Origin: Eledone cirrhosa
Lineage: Eukaryota
Direction: 5' to 3'
Length of the DNA stretch: 64,000 nucleotides
Assembly (NCBI GenBank): GCA_964016885.1
Contig: OZ024745.1
Coordinates: forward strand, 67,146,001-67,210,000
Shown here piece by piece: positions 26,187 to 40,600 of this stretch. A program made the translations under genes and the position numbers. Below the pieces are notes generated by a model, which was not told where the DNA came from, did not search any database, and saw only the letters and a program-made list of their open reading frames with translations. How positions within the stretch are numbered: the stretch's first letter is position 1; each line of letters begins with the position of its first letter.

Positions 26187-26465
26187 CGAGTTGTAGTGGC
26201 ACTCCGTCGGATTCGACGACGAGTATTCCTGCTGATACGCTCAACAGAACAGCTTGTTGGTCAAATTAACGAATCAAGTGGCATTCCACAAATACGAACA
26301 CCATAGTTAGTTCCCTGGGGGATTCAGCATGCCACAGAATGTGACAAGGCTGACCCTTCGAATTACAGATACAACTCATTTTTGCCAGCTGAGTGGACTG
26401 GAGTAACGTGAAATCGAACTGACGATCGTGAGCCGAATACGCTAACCACAAAGCCACGCGCCTCC
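26187..26465 (-). mobile_element. Second tRNA-derived SINE family, internally deleted
   Basis: Minus-strand head ggcgcgtggctttgtggttagcgtattcggc..gttcgat (A/B-box-like). Confidence 0.65.
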
Positions 26466-26675
26466 ACAGCGCGTCCACGTGATAAACAATATACTGTTAT
26501 TAATATGCCATTAACCTAGACACTGCATTTTAAATTAACACAGCGTTTACTAACAAGACATGCAACAGTGAAAAACGAAGGTAAAGATAATATCAAGAGA
26601 TAGGAGATTTCGATACAATAGTTTTCGAATAAATTAAACTAAATGAAAAATTAAATGTAATAATTCCATGTGATA

Positions 26676-27711
26676 TCTAATATATATTTGTGAAATGGGT
26701 GGTGGTTGAAATTCAGATGTGCACGGTTAAATGGTAGTAGACGTGGTCGGACGGACATGAAAATTTACACATCTATGTAAAAAGTGCCAAGGAAGCAAAT
26801 AGATGAGGTTTCAAATCTCTAACTTGAAAAATGTGGTCCCTGGGGCCCCCAAACGGTCTATTTACTATCGCTTCCGGTGAGTTATTTCCCCCTGTTCTAA
26901 TACTTGGATGAGTTATTTTCCGTAGTCGCTTTCAATATTCATTGTCTTATTTACAATTTCATACAAATTTTTAAACTCATCAATTTTTTCATAACATATC
27001 AAACACAACGTTCTTTCGCTGTTTTTGAAAAATATTATTGAAAGTTTATTATAAAGAAGCAGTTTCAGGAGAAAAAATAGAAATATGCACGGCGTACAAT
27101 GAGAAGTCGAGCGACGTGAAAAGCGTTGTTTATTAACAGCGAAATAACAATGTCGATGATATGCAAGTTTGAAAATGCAGATTATGAAGGTTTGTTTGAT
27201 AGTTTACACTTTTATTGCCCTAGCCAGCAAGAGGGGCTTCTAAATATTAGACGTTAACGATCATACAGTACCGTTTTATGAAATCGATTCTCCAGTAGAA
27301 TTTTACGAAATGCCAAACCGAAAAAGGTCACTGTTTTCTAACAAAAGAAATAAAACCCTTACATTGCGAACCCCCTGTTCTAATACTGGGGTTAGTTATT
27401 TCCCCCTCTTCTAATAAACGTCTAATATATAGAGGCCCCTCTTGCTGACCAGGGCAATCAAAGTGTAAACTATCATACAAACCTTCATAATCTGCATTTT
27501 CAAACTTGCATATCATCGACATTGCTATTTCGCTGTTAATAAACAACGCTTTTCACGTCGCTCCACTTCTCATTGTACGCCGTCCAGCCCCAAGTGCATA
27601 TTTCTATTTTTTTTCCTGAAACTGCTTCTTTATAATAAACTTTCAATAATATTTTTCAAATTATTAACTTAATAAAAAGTCGCCCCGGGTGCAACCGGGC
27701 TCAGCTGCTAG
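26676..27711 (+). mobile_element. Non-autonomous Helitron with internal inverted repeat
   Basis: A|TC 5' end; cccgggtgcaaccggg hairpin then CTAG|T 3' end. The 5' end is less certain. Confidence 0.7.
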
Positions 27712-28185
27712 TATTATATATATAGGAATATTTGCTGCAAAACATTTAGTAAATGTCTCTAGTATTTAGAAAGTATAACGTAATTATATTTTTTTTTTTT
27801 AAATGAGAGATAGAGAGAATAATGCTATCTTAAATTAAATTTCACGAGAATATTGATATAGATTATAATAAACCATTTATACCTTACAAAATTATTAATA
27901 TGTATTAATATCTATACAATAAATAAAGAAATAAATCTTAAATTTATTAATCTAAATTTATTTTTTTTATCTTAAAACATTACTCCTGTCAAAGCCAATG
28001 AACCCATGTGGTGTAAGAACATCTAAAACCACGAGTAGATTAAATAATCAGTTTAAATATATAGAATTTATAGAGAATTTAATTATGTTAATCGAAACAT
28101 GGAATATTATAAAACTTGTAACGAATTACAGAAATGTCAGAAATAATCTAATAAACTGTTGTTAGCAAATTATTATTAAGAATAA

Positions 28186-28378
28186 AGTGGTGGATTGGCA
28201 GTATCGGTAGAGGGTCGGATGCCATGCTTTGCAGCAAAGAGTTACGGCCCTTTATGGCCTGAGTTCAAATCCCGCCGAGGTTAACTTTTCCTTTCATCCT
28301 TATGGGGTCGATAAAATAAAGTACCAGTAATACACTGGGATAATCGCTGGCCTTGTGCCAAAAGTAGAAACAATTATT
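28186..28378 (+). mobile_element. tRNA-derived SINE
   Basis: tggcagtatcggtagag..gagttcaaatccc..ggggtcgataaaataaagtacc..agaaacaattatt. Confidence 0.88.
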
Positions 28379-28427
28379 AAGAATAATCAATATAAAGGGA
28401 AAGTTTTAAAGTTATATAATTCAAATA

Positions 28428-28633
28428 AGGGCGGTAGATTGGCAATAATCGGTAGAGTGTCGGACAACATGCTTTGCAGCCTATAGTTACGTCCCTTTTA
28501 TGTTCTGAGTTCAAATCCCGCCGAGGTTAGTTTTGCCTTTCATCTTTACGGGGTCAATAAAATAAAGTACCAGCAATGTACTGGTTGATTTAATCGACTT
28601 TCCCCTTCCCTGTGCCTAATGTAGAAACAATTA
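28428..28633 (+). mobile_element. tRNA-derived SINE
   Basis: Same family. Confidence 0.88.
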
Positions 28634-29700
28634 TATAAATCAAGTTTATTAAATTCTAATATCAATAATTATTTTATGCTTACTTATCATGCAAGACCGA
28701 CTGCATTTATACGCAATGTAAATAATTTTAGTAAACACTTTACCATACATAAGTAACTAAAGAACGCAATGATTAACTTTATAAAGTTGGTCAAGAACCA
28801 TAAACAATACATTTACAAAGAAAAATACATAAATATCAGATATAAACATGATAAAATAACAATAAACTATTGGTAACAAGTGAATATTAAGTATTAATAT
28901 AATTAATATAAAGACAAAATTAACTGGTGTTCACCAATGTTTCAGAATTCAACTATTAACATTGATTTTATAAATATGTCTCTCTTTTTTTAAATTATAG
29001 AGCATTTAAATGGTCTATATAAATTGTTTCCTAAAATGAGAAAATTTGTATTAGGGTCATAAACACTTCTTAAAAATAAAAATAGAAAAGAAAAGCAATA
29101 CATAATTAGTTTCACAAGGGTAGAGAAAGTAAATTAATTAAATTAACATTTATTTTGTAATTATTACTCATGCCAAATAAACGTTCACTTACAATGTAAA
29201 AGTATTAAAAAACATATGTTTACTAACAATAAAGGAATTAAAGTTTGAAGAATGTTTAATGAAAAGCAATTAAGAATAGAAAAAAGTGTTTAAATATTGA
29301 GCATTGGTTATAAAAAGTTTGAACGCATGTGATAATTCCCTAAATGAAAAGACATCTATTACTTAGGTAGAATCATAAACCAATCTTGAAAAAGGAAGTG
29401 GAACCTAGTGTGTAATTTCCGGCCTACGACTCAAAGATTACATTCAGGTAAGGACTAGCCGGATTAATTAACGACAAATATAAACTAAATATAACAATGG
29501 AATTGTGTAAACTCCACGTAAATTGTGCAAGATTGGTTAAAGCAAACGTCAGGCATCCGAGATATGCGGAGCTCGATACTGCATAGGCACCTCCTTCCCC
29601 ATTTTCCATCTCTCTCCTGCTCTCTCTCTCTCTCTCTCCTTCTCTCTCTCTCTTTTCGTTCTCTCCCTCTCTTTCTCCCTCTCTCTCTCTCTCTCTCTCT

Positions 29701-29774
<74 letters not shown>

Positions 29775-29779
29775 TTGTG

Positions 29780-29826
<47 letters not shown>

Positions 29827-29830
<4 letters not shown>

Positions 29831-30161
29831 AAGGAAAAAAGATGAAATCGAAAATGCAACTGGAGTTTTATTTTTTTTTTTATATTTATTTGGTTCCTTT
29901 ACCGGTTTCGCAGTTCTTCTGCTTTTCAAAAGTAGAGTTGAGATGGAGGGTCTGTGGTTTTTCCACAGACATTCCATCTCAACTCTACTTTTGAAAAGCA
30001 GAAGAATTGCGAAATCAGTAAAGGAACCAAATAAATATATATATATTTTTTTTAAATAAGACTCCAGTTGCATTTTCGATTTCATTTTTTTTCCTTATAC
30101 TTTCACTCGTGTAAGACACCTCGGTTATTTTTCCTTTTGTAAAAGAAACCTCACTTTCTAA
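29827..30161 (+). mobile_element. Hairpin+tail element (~130-bp arms) with degenerate hammerhead
   Basis: Arms 29827-29958 / 29964-30100; gcag..ctgc-GAAACCGGTA; ~60-nt tail. Confidence 0.75.
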
Positions 30162-30182
30162 TATATATATATATATATTTAT

Positions 30183-30374
30183 ATAGGAAAAATTATGACC
30201 CCGACGGCAGAGCTCAAGCTGTTTCGACGGCTATTTATGTCCAGAAATAACCGTCGAAACGGCTTGAGCTCTGCCGTCGGAGTCATACTTTTTCCTTTTA
30301 CCCACTCTACCACACTAAGTGTTGAGTACTTTGGTGCGTTATGGTCCATTTGGTTCCTTACCACAATTCCTTCG

Positions 30375-30376
<2 letters not shown>
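30183..30376 (+). mobile_element. Hairpin+tail element, family A
   Basis: Arms fold at ~30241; tail matches the other copies. Confidence 0.85.
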
Positions 30377-30429
<53 letters not shown>

Positions 30430-30479
30430 TGTGTGCATGTATTTATAGAGTCTCTGCACGAAGGAATGCAGGTATTTGT

Positions 30480-30570
30480 AGCATAAGGTAGCAACACCTC
30501 AAGTGAGTTTACAGTAACAAATGGAGTTAAACAAGGGTATATATTTGCTCCACCACTTTTGGTCCTCATT
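30480..30570 (+). pseudogene. Relic RT fragment (RTE-like)
   Basis: SSEFTVTNGVKQGYIFAPPL motif. Confidence 0.5.
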
Positions 30571-31457
30571 CAAATACCTAGGCTGCAGCATCTCAAATAA
30601 TGTATAATTTAACAAGAAATTACATACAGAATGATCAGAACCAACACTGCATTTGACAGGTAAACTGAAGTAACTCTATGCCACGAAGCAGGGTGTCCGA
30701 TGCTCTACCCATTCTGCCAATAAAGTGAGAAAAGTTATATATACTAAAGTGAAAATCACTCTTTATGTATCTTTCAATAACGCAACTTGCATTTCGTAAC
30801 AGTACGGTACGCCTTTAAACATTCATTTTTTCTCTCTGCTTAACTCGGTTTTCATATACGGTTTCTGCATAATAAAATATACCCTCTTTCTAATCGATGT
30901 CATTTTATTTCTTCTATAATGTCATTACTGCTGAAATCTAGGCCATACAATTTGAATTACGCCTTGACTATAATACGATCTGTTATATTAGAATGAAATA
31001 TATATTCCGTTGGGTGTCTTTCAACAATATGCTGTTACTATGTTGAAAATATGGGAAGCGAAGTATATACTGATATACAATATAAGAATAATAGGAAAGA
31101 GCGTAGTACGGGGAAATAAATACATAAATAAATAAAGTATTATAGAATGGAATGAAGAGAAAATAAGAAGAGACAGAAATAACGATAGGTGGATTGATAA
31201 ATAGATGGGCAGACAATATAAATATATATATATGTGTCTGTATGTGTGTATCTGTGTATGTGTGAGTGTGCGCCCGTATGTGTGCAAGTGGGTGTGAGTG
31301 TGCGCGTGCGTGCGTTCGTGTGTGTCTGTATATATATTTATGTATATGTGTGCGTGTCCGTTTATATATATATATCTGCGTGTGTGTGTGTGTGTACGCG
31401 CGCATGGGTCTGTTTGTACGAGATGACGTTTTCTAATTCTTTTGATTATATATTATA

Positions 31458-32217
31458 CTAGCAGTCGTACCCGGCGTTGCACGGGATAAGGTATTTTGGA
31501 ACGCGGGCCGCCAACAGTGAATAAACTGGATACCTGCACAATATGTAAAGAAAATAAACTAAATACTCTGATGGCTGGATAACGTTTAAGATTTTCCTCG
31601 ATGAAGCAGGAAAAATGCAGGTTTTCACCTAATGGGATCAAGAAAATGAATTTTTTTATGTGCATAAAATGCCTTGAAATTTCGGGGAAATCAGTCTGAC
31701 GTAACCCCTCAAAACACCCCTAAAAAGCTGAAAAAACTCAGTTTTTCACCTAATGTGGGCCCTAGGGGATGAAAAAGTTGAATTTATTATGTGCATAACA
31801 CTCACTGAAAAATAAGAAATACACATGTAAAGTTTAAAAAAAGTCGGTTGGGTACTTCTCGAGTTTTAGGGATTCAAACTCAGACACACACACATACACA
31901 CACAGAGACAGACATCCTCAGGGAAGTGACGTAATGCCGACAGTCAGACATACAGACAGATATTATAAGGGCGCGACGTTATATGTATGTATCTATCTAA
32001 AAAGAGAAAGACTAAAAATTATAGAGAGAGATCGCTAAATCGCCTGATGCGGTCCCTAGGGCATTGAAAATTAGAAATTCCTTTGACTCAAAACACTCCC
32101 TGAAACATAAGTATTACATGTGTAAAGTTTGAAAACAGTCGGTTGGGTGCTTCTTGGGTTTTAGGGATTCAAACTCACACACACACAGACAGACATCCTC
32201 AGTTTTATATATATAGA
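31458..32217 (-). mobile_element. Non-autonomous Helitron
   Basis: Minus strand: 5' TCTATATATATAAAAC; 3' cccgtgcaacgccggg hairpin plus CTAG|T; internal duplication ~31800-31921 / 32095-32202. Confidence 0.8.
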
Positions 32218-32723
32218 CTAGCAGAAAACCACCCATCGGGTGGTTTTCTGATAGTATATATATATATTACACACACAGAAATGTATATATATTTCTGTGT
32301 GTATATATATATATATTACACACACAGAAATGTATATATATTTCTGTGTGTATATATATATATTTCTGTGTGTGTATATATATATATATTACACACACAC
32401 AGAAATGTATATATGTTTCTGTAGCACTCCTCAATTCCCCCCTCTCTCCCTCCCGCTATCCCCCTCTTGTAGTCTGTCTCTTTCTTTCACTCTCACTCTC
32501 TATCTACGCGTGCGCAAAAAACATTTGCACGCGCGCACGTGTTTTAGCGTCTATTCACTCTCTCTCTCCCTCTCTCCCTCCCGCTATCCCCCTCTCGTAG
32601 TCTTCTCTTTCTTTCACTCTCACTCTCTCTCTACGCGTGCGCAAAAAACATTCGCACGCGCGCACGTGTTTCCACTGTCGGACAGACAGACAGAGAAATT
32701 GCTGGTTATATATTATAAGGAGA
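32218..32723 (-). mobile_element. Second non-autonomous Helitron abutting the first; a related 5' end lies at 33500-33702
   Basis: CTAG at 32218 with cagaaaaccaccc/gggtggttttctg hairpin; A|TC end at 32723. Confidence 0.7.
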
Positions 32724-33774
32724 TTACATATACATATGTAACTATGTATATCATCATCATCATCCCCATTATATATATATATAATATGGGCCGAAGCCGA
32801 AAAAAATTTTGTTTGGCAGCTTTAATTGCGCCTTAATTTTATTCAAAAAATTGTATACTAACATATTCGAATACCAGGCACTATTGGAATCAACAATAGC
32901 AGCGTCCTGGGGGTCATTACAAAACACAAATTCGCGAGAATTAGTGTTTAAGGCTTTTAAAAAAATTTATTTTTAATAATATTTAAATAACTGGCGGTTA
33001 GAAAAAAATATTCCTATGAAATTTTAATCATACCATTAGGTGTGAATAAGGAAATATTTTTTTATTGTCAAAACAAATGTTCAAAATTTAAACCTCAATT
33101 TTTTGAATTATTTCCAATTTTTTCATGAAATTGAATACTGGACATTGGCTGCTGGAAATGGAAATTAAATCGTATTTAATTGTATTTAAATTTTTAACCT
33201 TATTTTATTATTTATATTTTTTCAATAAGAAATTAAAAAAAAACAACAACAAAAAAATTGAAGAAAAATATTGAACAAATTGCGCAATCTGATTAATAAA
33301 TTACCTCATCAGCAGCAACCTTCTTCAAATGGTCCTTATTATCAGCAGCAACAACCACAAATTCAAATCAACCTTCTTCGCATGGTGTCAAGTCAGAACC
33401 GCCTCGAACTGGTTACTTCTGGCTTGTGCAAGGTGTCTCTATAGCAACCAGCGATTCCCTCGGCGTCATTGACCAAAGTCAGTGGAGAGGGGAAGGTAAT
33501 GTTTCTGTAGCACGTGTTTTAGCGTCTATTCACTCTCTCTCTCTCCCTCTCTCCCTCTCTCCCTCTCTCCCTCTCTCCCTCTCGCTATCCCCCTCTCGTA
33601 GTGTGTCTCTTTCTTTCACTCTCACTCTCTCTCTACGCACGTGTTTCCACTGTCGGACAGACAGACAGACAGAGAAATTGCTGGTTATATATTATAAGGA
33701 GATAAAGAGAGATATAGACAAACTGACGTAGTGAGATAGATAGATAGATAGATAGATAGGTAGATAGATAGATG

Positions 33775-33865
<91 letters not shown>

Positions 33866-33866
<1 letters not shown>

Positions 33867-35000
33867 TGTCTCTTTTATTTGCCACCAGGGCATCAAAAGT
33901 GGGACAAGTACAATGGGGGGAGTTTACAAAACAAGGCGTCCTCAATAAGGAGGAGGCAATAACAATCTATAAAAATAAAATAAAATATAGCAAAAAATAA
34001 AATGTATAACAAAGTCCTCAATAGAGAGGAGGCGCCTTGGGGGGTCGCACACACCCCCGAAAAAAGTGTGCAACCCTTCTCCTCAGGAGCACAGAGAAGG
34101 GGTGCTCCCTTGGTCTTTCATCTTCCTCACCTATAGTCTGATGTAGAGTGAAGGCCCATTCACACGGGCCATTCTCGCCACTTTCACCCATCTTTCATAG
34201 AAACGGCTGGGGTGCAGCACCTCTCTCTCCATCCTGATCCTTCTTCCGAAATGATATCGGAAGAAACGGACCAGTTGTTGGCCAGAGAGAAAGGTGCCTG
34301 ACCTCAGTCCTTTCAGACGCGTCCACCATACAACCTCTTTCGCCATGGCTATTACGCACAGAAACACCGCCTCTGCTTCATCTTTGAAGGGGGGAGGCGG
34401 CTTGATCATTACAATAGACTCGGTGGTCAACCGGATCGGTCCCACCCTTGACAGCAGTTGTTCGACATAGCCCCACAGATCGGCTACGCCCGAGCAGTTT
34501 ACCAATGCGTGTGCAACGGTTTCCTCGTCGCACACGCATCTGGGACAGATCTTTTTGGCGGGGTCCCTACCCGGGCGCCCGTGTCTGTAGAGCCTTTCTC
34601 GAACGGGTAAAGCTCCTCGGTAGCACTGCCAGGCCAGGGACTTCTGGAAGTTGTCCATAGGTCCCGGGCTTTGAGCCAGTTTTTCGACGCGAAGCACGAA
34701 GGCTGCGTTGTCCGAAGTAAAATACGTGCTCTAGGGAACGAGGGGACCAAAGCTGTTAGCTGGGCCCGCGTGACAGAGGCCAACAGTGGAACTAAATCCA
34801 CCATCCGGTCTTTGCGAGACCTGGATGGACGGGCGATTCTTGAGCCTAAGCAGATGTGTGAGGCCTTTCAAAGGCACTTTGCCCGACTGTTCGGGAGGGG
34901 CGGGGAGCCGGTTGGGAACGTGGACTTCGGTCCATACCTCGACGGCCTGCCGCGCCTCTCGGACAGGGAGGCGAAGTCCTGCGAGGAGCCGATTTCGGCC

Positions 35001-35001
<1 letters not shown>
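33866..35001 (-). mobile_element. Tx1-like insertion with 5' inversion in (GATA)n
   Basis: 33866-34670 matches 18529-19331; 34667-35001 is the inverse of 20903-21237. Confidence 0.92.
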
Positions 35002-35061
<60 letters not shown>

Positions 35062-35147
35062 TTAGATAGATACATACATACATACATACATACATACATA
35101 CATACATACATACATACATACATACATACATACATACATACATACAT

Positions 35148-36200
35148 AGGAGCCCATCTATTTAGCAAGTCTATCTGCATGAGGCAGATAAAATCATGAG
35201 AGTTGGGGAGGAACTCTTTGAAAGATATTCTCTGCATGATAATCAAAACCTCAATCCCAGAGAAATTTCCCAGCAAAACCACAGCAAATACATGGATGAA
35301 AAATACTTATCAGCAAAAAATTATGCATGGATATGTTGCCAGGAAGCTCTAGGGTGAGAGTAATATAGACAAGCAAAGTAGTCTATCTTGGACCAACAAC
35401 CGCTATATTGGCTCCCACTTTGCAATCCAAGAACAGGAAATCTACACAAAATACCTGATTCACAAAAGAGATATGGATGTAGAAAAAACACCTAAATGTG
35501 ACAAGTGCAGACTCTGCCCAATTAAAATCGAAGAGCAGCTGTCATAAGCAGCTGTCCAAAGATGTCATCAAAAGCTACAACAATGTGGAAGAATACACAT
35601 ATATAATATGAAAGAGTATTGGTTGAATTTTCCAATAAAAACCCCAATAAAATGTAAGCATAACAGACCAGATATAATGATATGGGACATAAAAAAGGCG
35701 TGCACAGTAGTGGAAGTTAGCTGCCCAACAGATGCCAATATAGTATTAAAGATTAGCGAAAAAAAAAAGGAGAATATCTATGCAGAACTAATGAGAAATC
35801 TGCAGGTACTCCACCCTGAATATACCTGTGATTATTGGGAGACTGGGATATGTTAGTAACTGCTTCACAGAAACAGAAAGAAGACAACTAGTTAGAAAAT
35901 TACAAGTACATGCCATTAATGGAACAGTAAAAATATGTAAAACATTCCAAAAGTTCTGCATTTAATATCTCCATGTACACATGTACAGATACAAAGCACA
36001 TGCACACATATAACTCAAACCATACACTTCCACACATATAATAACATCCATACCTGCACACATACTTGCATGCAAAAATGCATACATATCTACCAAGTTG
36101 ATGTTGTGTAAACTCCAATGAGAGAGTCTTGTATCTATGTTAGAAACCGACTCTCTCTCTATTGGAAAGAATTTGTGAAATTATAAAACCAGAAGAACAT
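35148..36200 (+). mobile_element. Degenerate R4/Dong-like RLE element, second family, bounded by (CATA)n
   Basis: AIQEQEI.TKYL, KCRLC, HNRPDIMIWD..VEVSCP; CATA tract 35072-35147 and acatacata at ~36198. Confidence 0.7.
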
Positions 36201-36212
36201 ACATATAGGCAA

Positions 36213-36287
<75 letters not shown>

Positions 36288-37078
36288 TGATAAGAAGGAA
36301 AAGAAAGGGAAATTGCTGAGATTTGGTTAGAAATCGATAAACCCTAACTATAGGAGTGAATGTGAGCGACAGTGTGTAGCTATGTAATGAAATGGGAAAA
36401 GACCGAATGGAAACCGGGCTTAGAGAAATATTAAGCAAAACGTTATCATTTGATAGGAAACAGAGAGAATCGGAAACCAGTGTAACTCAGCAGAGTGAGA
36501 TGCTATGAAATTGATAGTAAATAAATAAATGTATAAATATATGGACAGCTATAAATTTCAGGGACATGCACGCAGGATGAAATATTACAACACAGTTGAT
36601 ATTATGTAAGAAGAAAAATAGTCAAATATGGAAGTCAGAGTTATACAACGTGCATGTTTTACACCAATTACAATTGCATTTTCTTCGATAATTTTCTGTT
36701 TTGCTGTTGATTATTATGAGGGTTTTTTTATTATTCTATCTAGATCCTTATTTTTGTTTAATATGATATATTTGTGTATTGTAGTGTTCAACAATTCTTT
36801 GTTAATGTTTATATAATGTGGTTAAAAAGTTATATAAATGCTGGTATAAAAGTTATAAGCTGGTGAAGTTTAAGACTAGAAAAAGTGGAGAGAAATGTTC
36901 AGTTCTGCTATTCTAGGGTGACAAAGACTGTATGATTATAGTGACGAAACAGAGAACAAAATGATTTATCAAACACCGAGAAAAAAAGTATTATACCATT
37001 AAGTCACTCCATTCAAAATGGAAATTTGATGGAATATCCAATATTCACGCCTAACAATCATATATATCACAAATATGC

Positions 37079-37132
<54 letters not shown>

Positions 37133-37140
<8 letters not shown>

Positions 37141-37549
37141 AGATCAAAAGATGGTTAAAGGAGTTCCATGTATTTTATTATGCGCATTTCAAAAACAAAC
37201 ATCATCATGCAATAATATTTGTTTTTTCATCAGATAAAACAGGAGAACATGATATGAAGGCTAAAAAACACTTGTGGATAGTGCAGTTTTAAATCAACAT
37301 GTTGATTTAAAACTGCACTATCCACAAGTGTTTTTTAGCCTTCATATCATGTTCTCCTGTTTTATCTGATGAAAACACAAATATTATTGCATGATGATGT
37401 TTGTTTTTGAAATGCGCATAATAAAATACATGGAACTCCTTTAACCATCTTTTGATCTTATATTATGCATACTCCAGTCCTACAAACTGTAGAGTGCTTC
37501 TTATCCGATATCTGCATTGCTTTATTGTACTACAATAAAACTCACCTCC

Positions 37550-37551
<2 letters not shown>
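37133..37551 (+). mobile_element. Miniature palindromic derivative of the Penelope-like element at 47-52 kb
   Basis: Arms 37133-37299 / 37300-37466 with no spacer, plus tail 37467-37551; matches 47293-47544. Confidence 0.92.
37360..37426 (+). ncRNA. Minimal hammerhead ribozyme; inverted twin at 37173-37239
   Basis: ttttat-CTGATGA-stem II-GAAA-TGCGCA-TA-ataaaa. Confidence 0.85.
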
Positions 37552-37636
<85 letters not shown>

Positions 37637-39189
37637 TTATATATACATACAAACATAAATGCATGTACGTACATATACATACACATTATATATATGCATT
37701 TTATATATATATATATGTGTGTGTGTGTGTGCGTGTGTGTGTGTATACATGTACATATATGTGTGAGGGTGTGTGCGCGCGTTGTGTTTATTTTTTTATA
37801 GTTCAGTCAACTAAGTAGATAACTGAGTTCATGTTGTTTTCATTTTAATTGACATTTGTATTTTTGTAGCTTGAGTGTGTGTGTTTAGGAGGGGGGGGGT
37901 GTTTTTGTCGCTATCCATTGAGCTATAAGAATCGTTAACGGGTCAGATAGAATACTTTGCAGTATTTCGTTTTGGTTTCAAATTCCGTAAAGACCAACTT
38001 TACATTCTCTCCTTCCGTGTTGGATAAAATGATATAAAATATTACTCCCAGTTCCAAAACATTTTACAGGAGGTTAACAAGAAGGACATTTTGATTAATC
38101 AGGGAGAGTGCAATGCAATGATATGTAATCTGGACAAACTCAGAACCTCCAATACCTGGGAACAGTCGCTAGATAAAGAGGGTGATGTTGGCGTTGAAAC
38201 CTCAACAACAAAGTTAAATACAGTAATACTTGAATCAACAAGTCATATGCTGGGGTTGTAGTGCCACAAGAATCAACGCTAGATTACGTCCTCGCTAGTA
38301 AGTCTTGGATTGCAATAGAGAAGAATGGAGGAATGTGGTACGAGTTTCCACTCTGCAGTGCAACAAAAACACTGGGGGTTAAGAGGAAAAGTGAATTAAA
38401 TCTAATATTTATGTGTATTTGTGTGTCTCAGTGAGTGCCTGTATGTTTCTGTGTGTATGTGTGGTGAGCTTTCGTGTGTTATTCAAACAAATATATCAAA
38501 CTCTCAAACATGTAAACATATGATGCTCACACCAATAAAAATACCAAAACATTTACAAATAAAGACATTGGAATATGACAAGACACACAAATACCTAAAT
38601 TAATATGAATAAGAAATAAGATCTTTTCTGGAATATTTTTGTAAAGTTTACAATTGTGTCGAGTAAATGTTTGACAATCCAATAAATTAGTTAATTAAAT
38701 GAATAGTTAATTAAATAAGAAACAACAGCCTATGATTAGTGTGTACTTTATTTGTCAGAATGGCGCTCACAAACACAATTCCATTTCAATTGAGAATTAT
38801 GAGAAGCAAATAAAAAAACTAATGTTGATCGTTATTGCAGTTATATCAAAACTATGGCCTGGAGTTCGATCTACAGATTTAGTAAATATACATTCAAAAT
38901 CACAGTGTAAATATACCATGTGTTTAGGTCACAGGATTGTTTACACGTGAAAATCCGAACGTACGTATATGCAAGTGTGCAAAGTCTCCCTAGTTACTTT
39001 TTGCAGATATAGGAGGTAGTGTGTGTGTATTTGTGTGTGTGTACGTGCGTGTCTGTGAGGAATATATGTCTTAAAATATATCTTAATTTACTACCAGAAT
39101 GAGTGCTAGATATATGTAAATTTATATGTCTATAATGATGAAATGTATAAACATGCAAACACACACGCAAAATATGCTTTTTATATGTA

Positions 39190-39222
<33 letters not shown>

Positions 39223-40502
39223 GCGTGTGTGTGTGTGTGTGTACGCGCATAATTTTAATTTTTATATATATAGTGTGTATGTATGTGTATATGTTCGTGG
39301 CTGTGTGTCTGTGTAATCATAATATAAAGTCAAACGTGTTAATCTTTAGAAACGAAGGCTTCTATTCCTAGTGATAAAAGAATTGTGTCACTGAATTGTG
39401 ACATAACTTTTGTTTATAGAAACATTTACAACAAATTTGATTAGTCACACATCAATACCGGTATAGATTATTTTCTGTGAGTTACCCACATTTTTCTTCA
39501 CATTGTCTTCAACAATCTGCTGACTTTAGCAAGAAGTTATATGATTATTCTGATTATCCTGATTATTGTGTTGAGAATACAATCTTCTTTATCCGAGGTT
39601 TAAACTTATATTTCTTAAATGTGATAGTATACATGTCTATATATTTATTAATGCAATCTGCTATAGGTTTGAGTCAACAAATCCTCCCCACTGAAGTATC
39701 CTAAACGTAAATTGAATGACACCCAGTCGGTGGAATACTTCTGCTTCATTGTGCGTTGATTTAGAGCTTTCCCCTATGGAACATTACCAGCTGGTCTACC
39801 ACCTGCCCTAACTTTCACACACATACAATGTGCGAAATAATAAGCAAAGAACTTTTATTGATTGCTGGAAGTAGCTTGGAGTTAACAGTAGCTATTTTAA
39901 ATCCTAAGATGATGTCATCATCAAAGTTCCCTCATTATAAAAAGGCAACATTAAGACATGATACCAGAATCATTTCATGAAAAACGATGTATTTAAAAAT
40001 TGAAATCATAAAAAACAAACGGCCATTTCACAGTTTGTTATCGCATCAGATATCTAAAAGACTGTTCCTGAACACACACATGCATATGTATATATATATA
40101 TATATATATAAATATCTTTAAGTCGTTTGGAAGCCTCGACAATGCAAATGGGTAAATCTCTGGGTAACAAGGTCCGGTGGTGGAGAGAGAGATGTAAGTG
40201 GGTGTACGTTGAGATGCGTGGTGTGTATAAGATGTGTGAGATGTGTAGAATGAAGGGAAGAGTATAAAGGATAAAAATAAAAATAACAACACAAGAGAGA
40301 GTTACCTTGGGAGAGATTTAATAGTCCCTATATATTTCGGATTCATATCCATCAACTGGGGGTTTTTTCCGGGGTGGGGGAAAAGGTTGTCTGTCGGACA
40401 AGTCCGGAACGCGTCTTTCGCTGTTTGTTGTTTTGAATATATATATATGTATGTATATACATATATATATATATATGTTGGTATATACATATATATGTGT
40501 GA

Positions 40503-40600
<98 letters not shown>

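Noticed and set aside
28186-28275. tRNA-like A/B boxes
   Set aside because: SINE heads followed by a shared body and tail; no convincing cloverleaf
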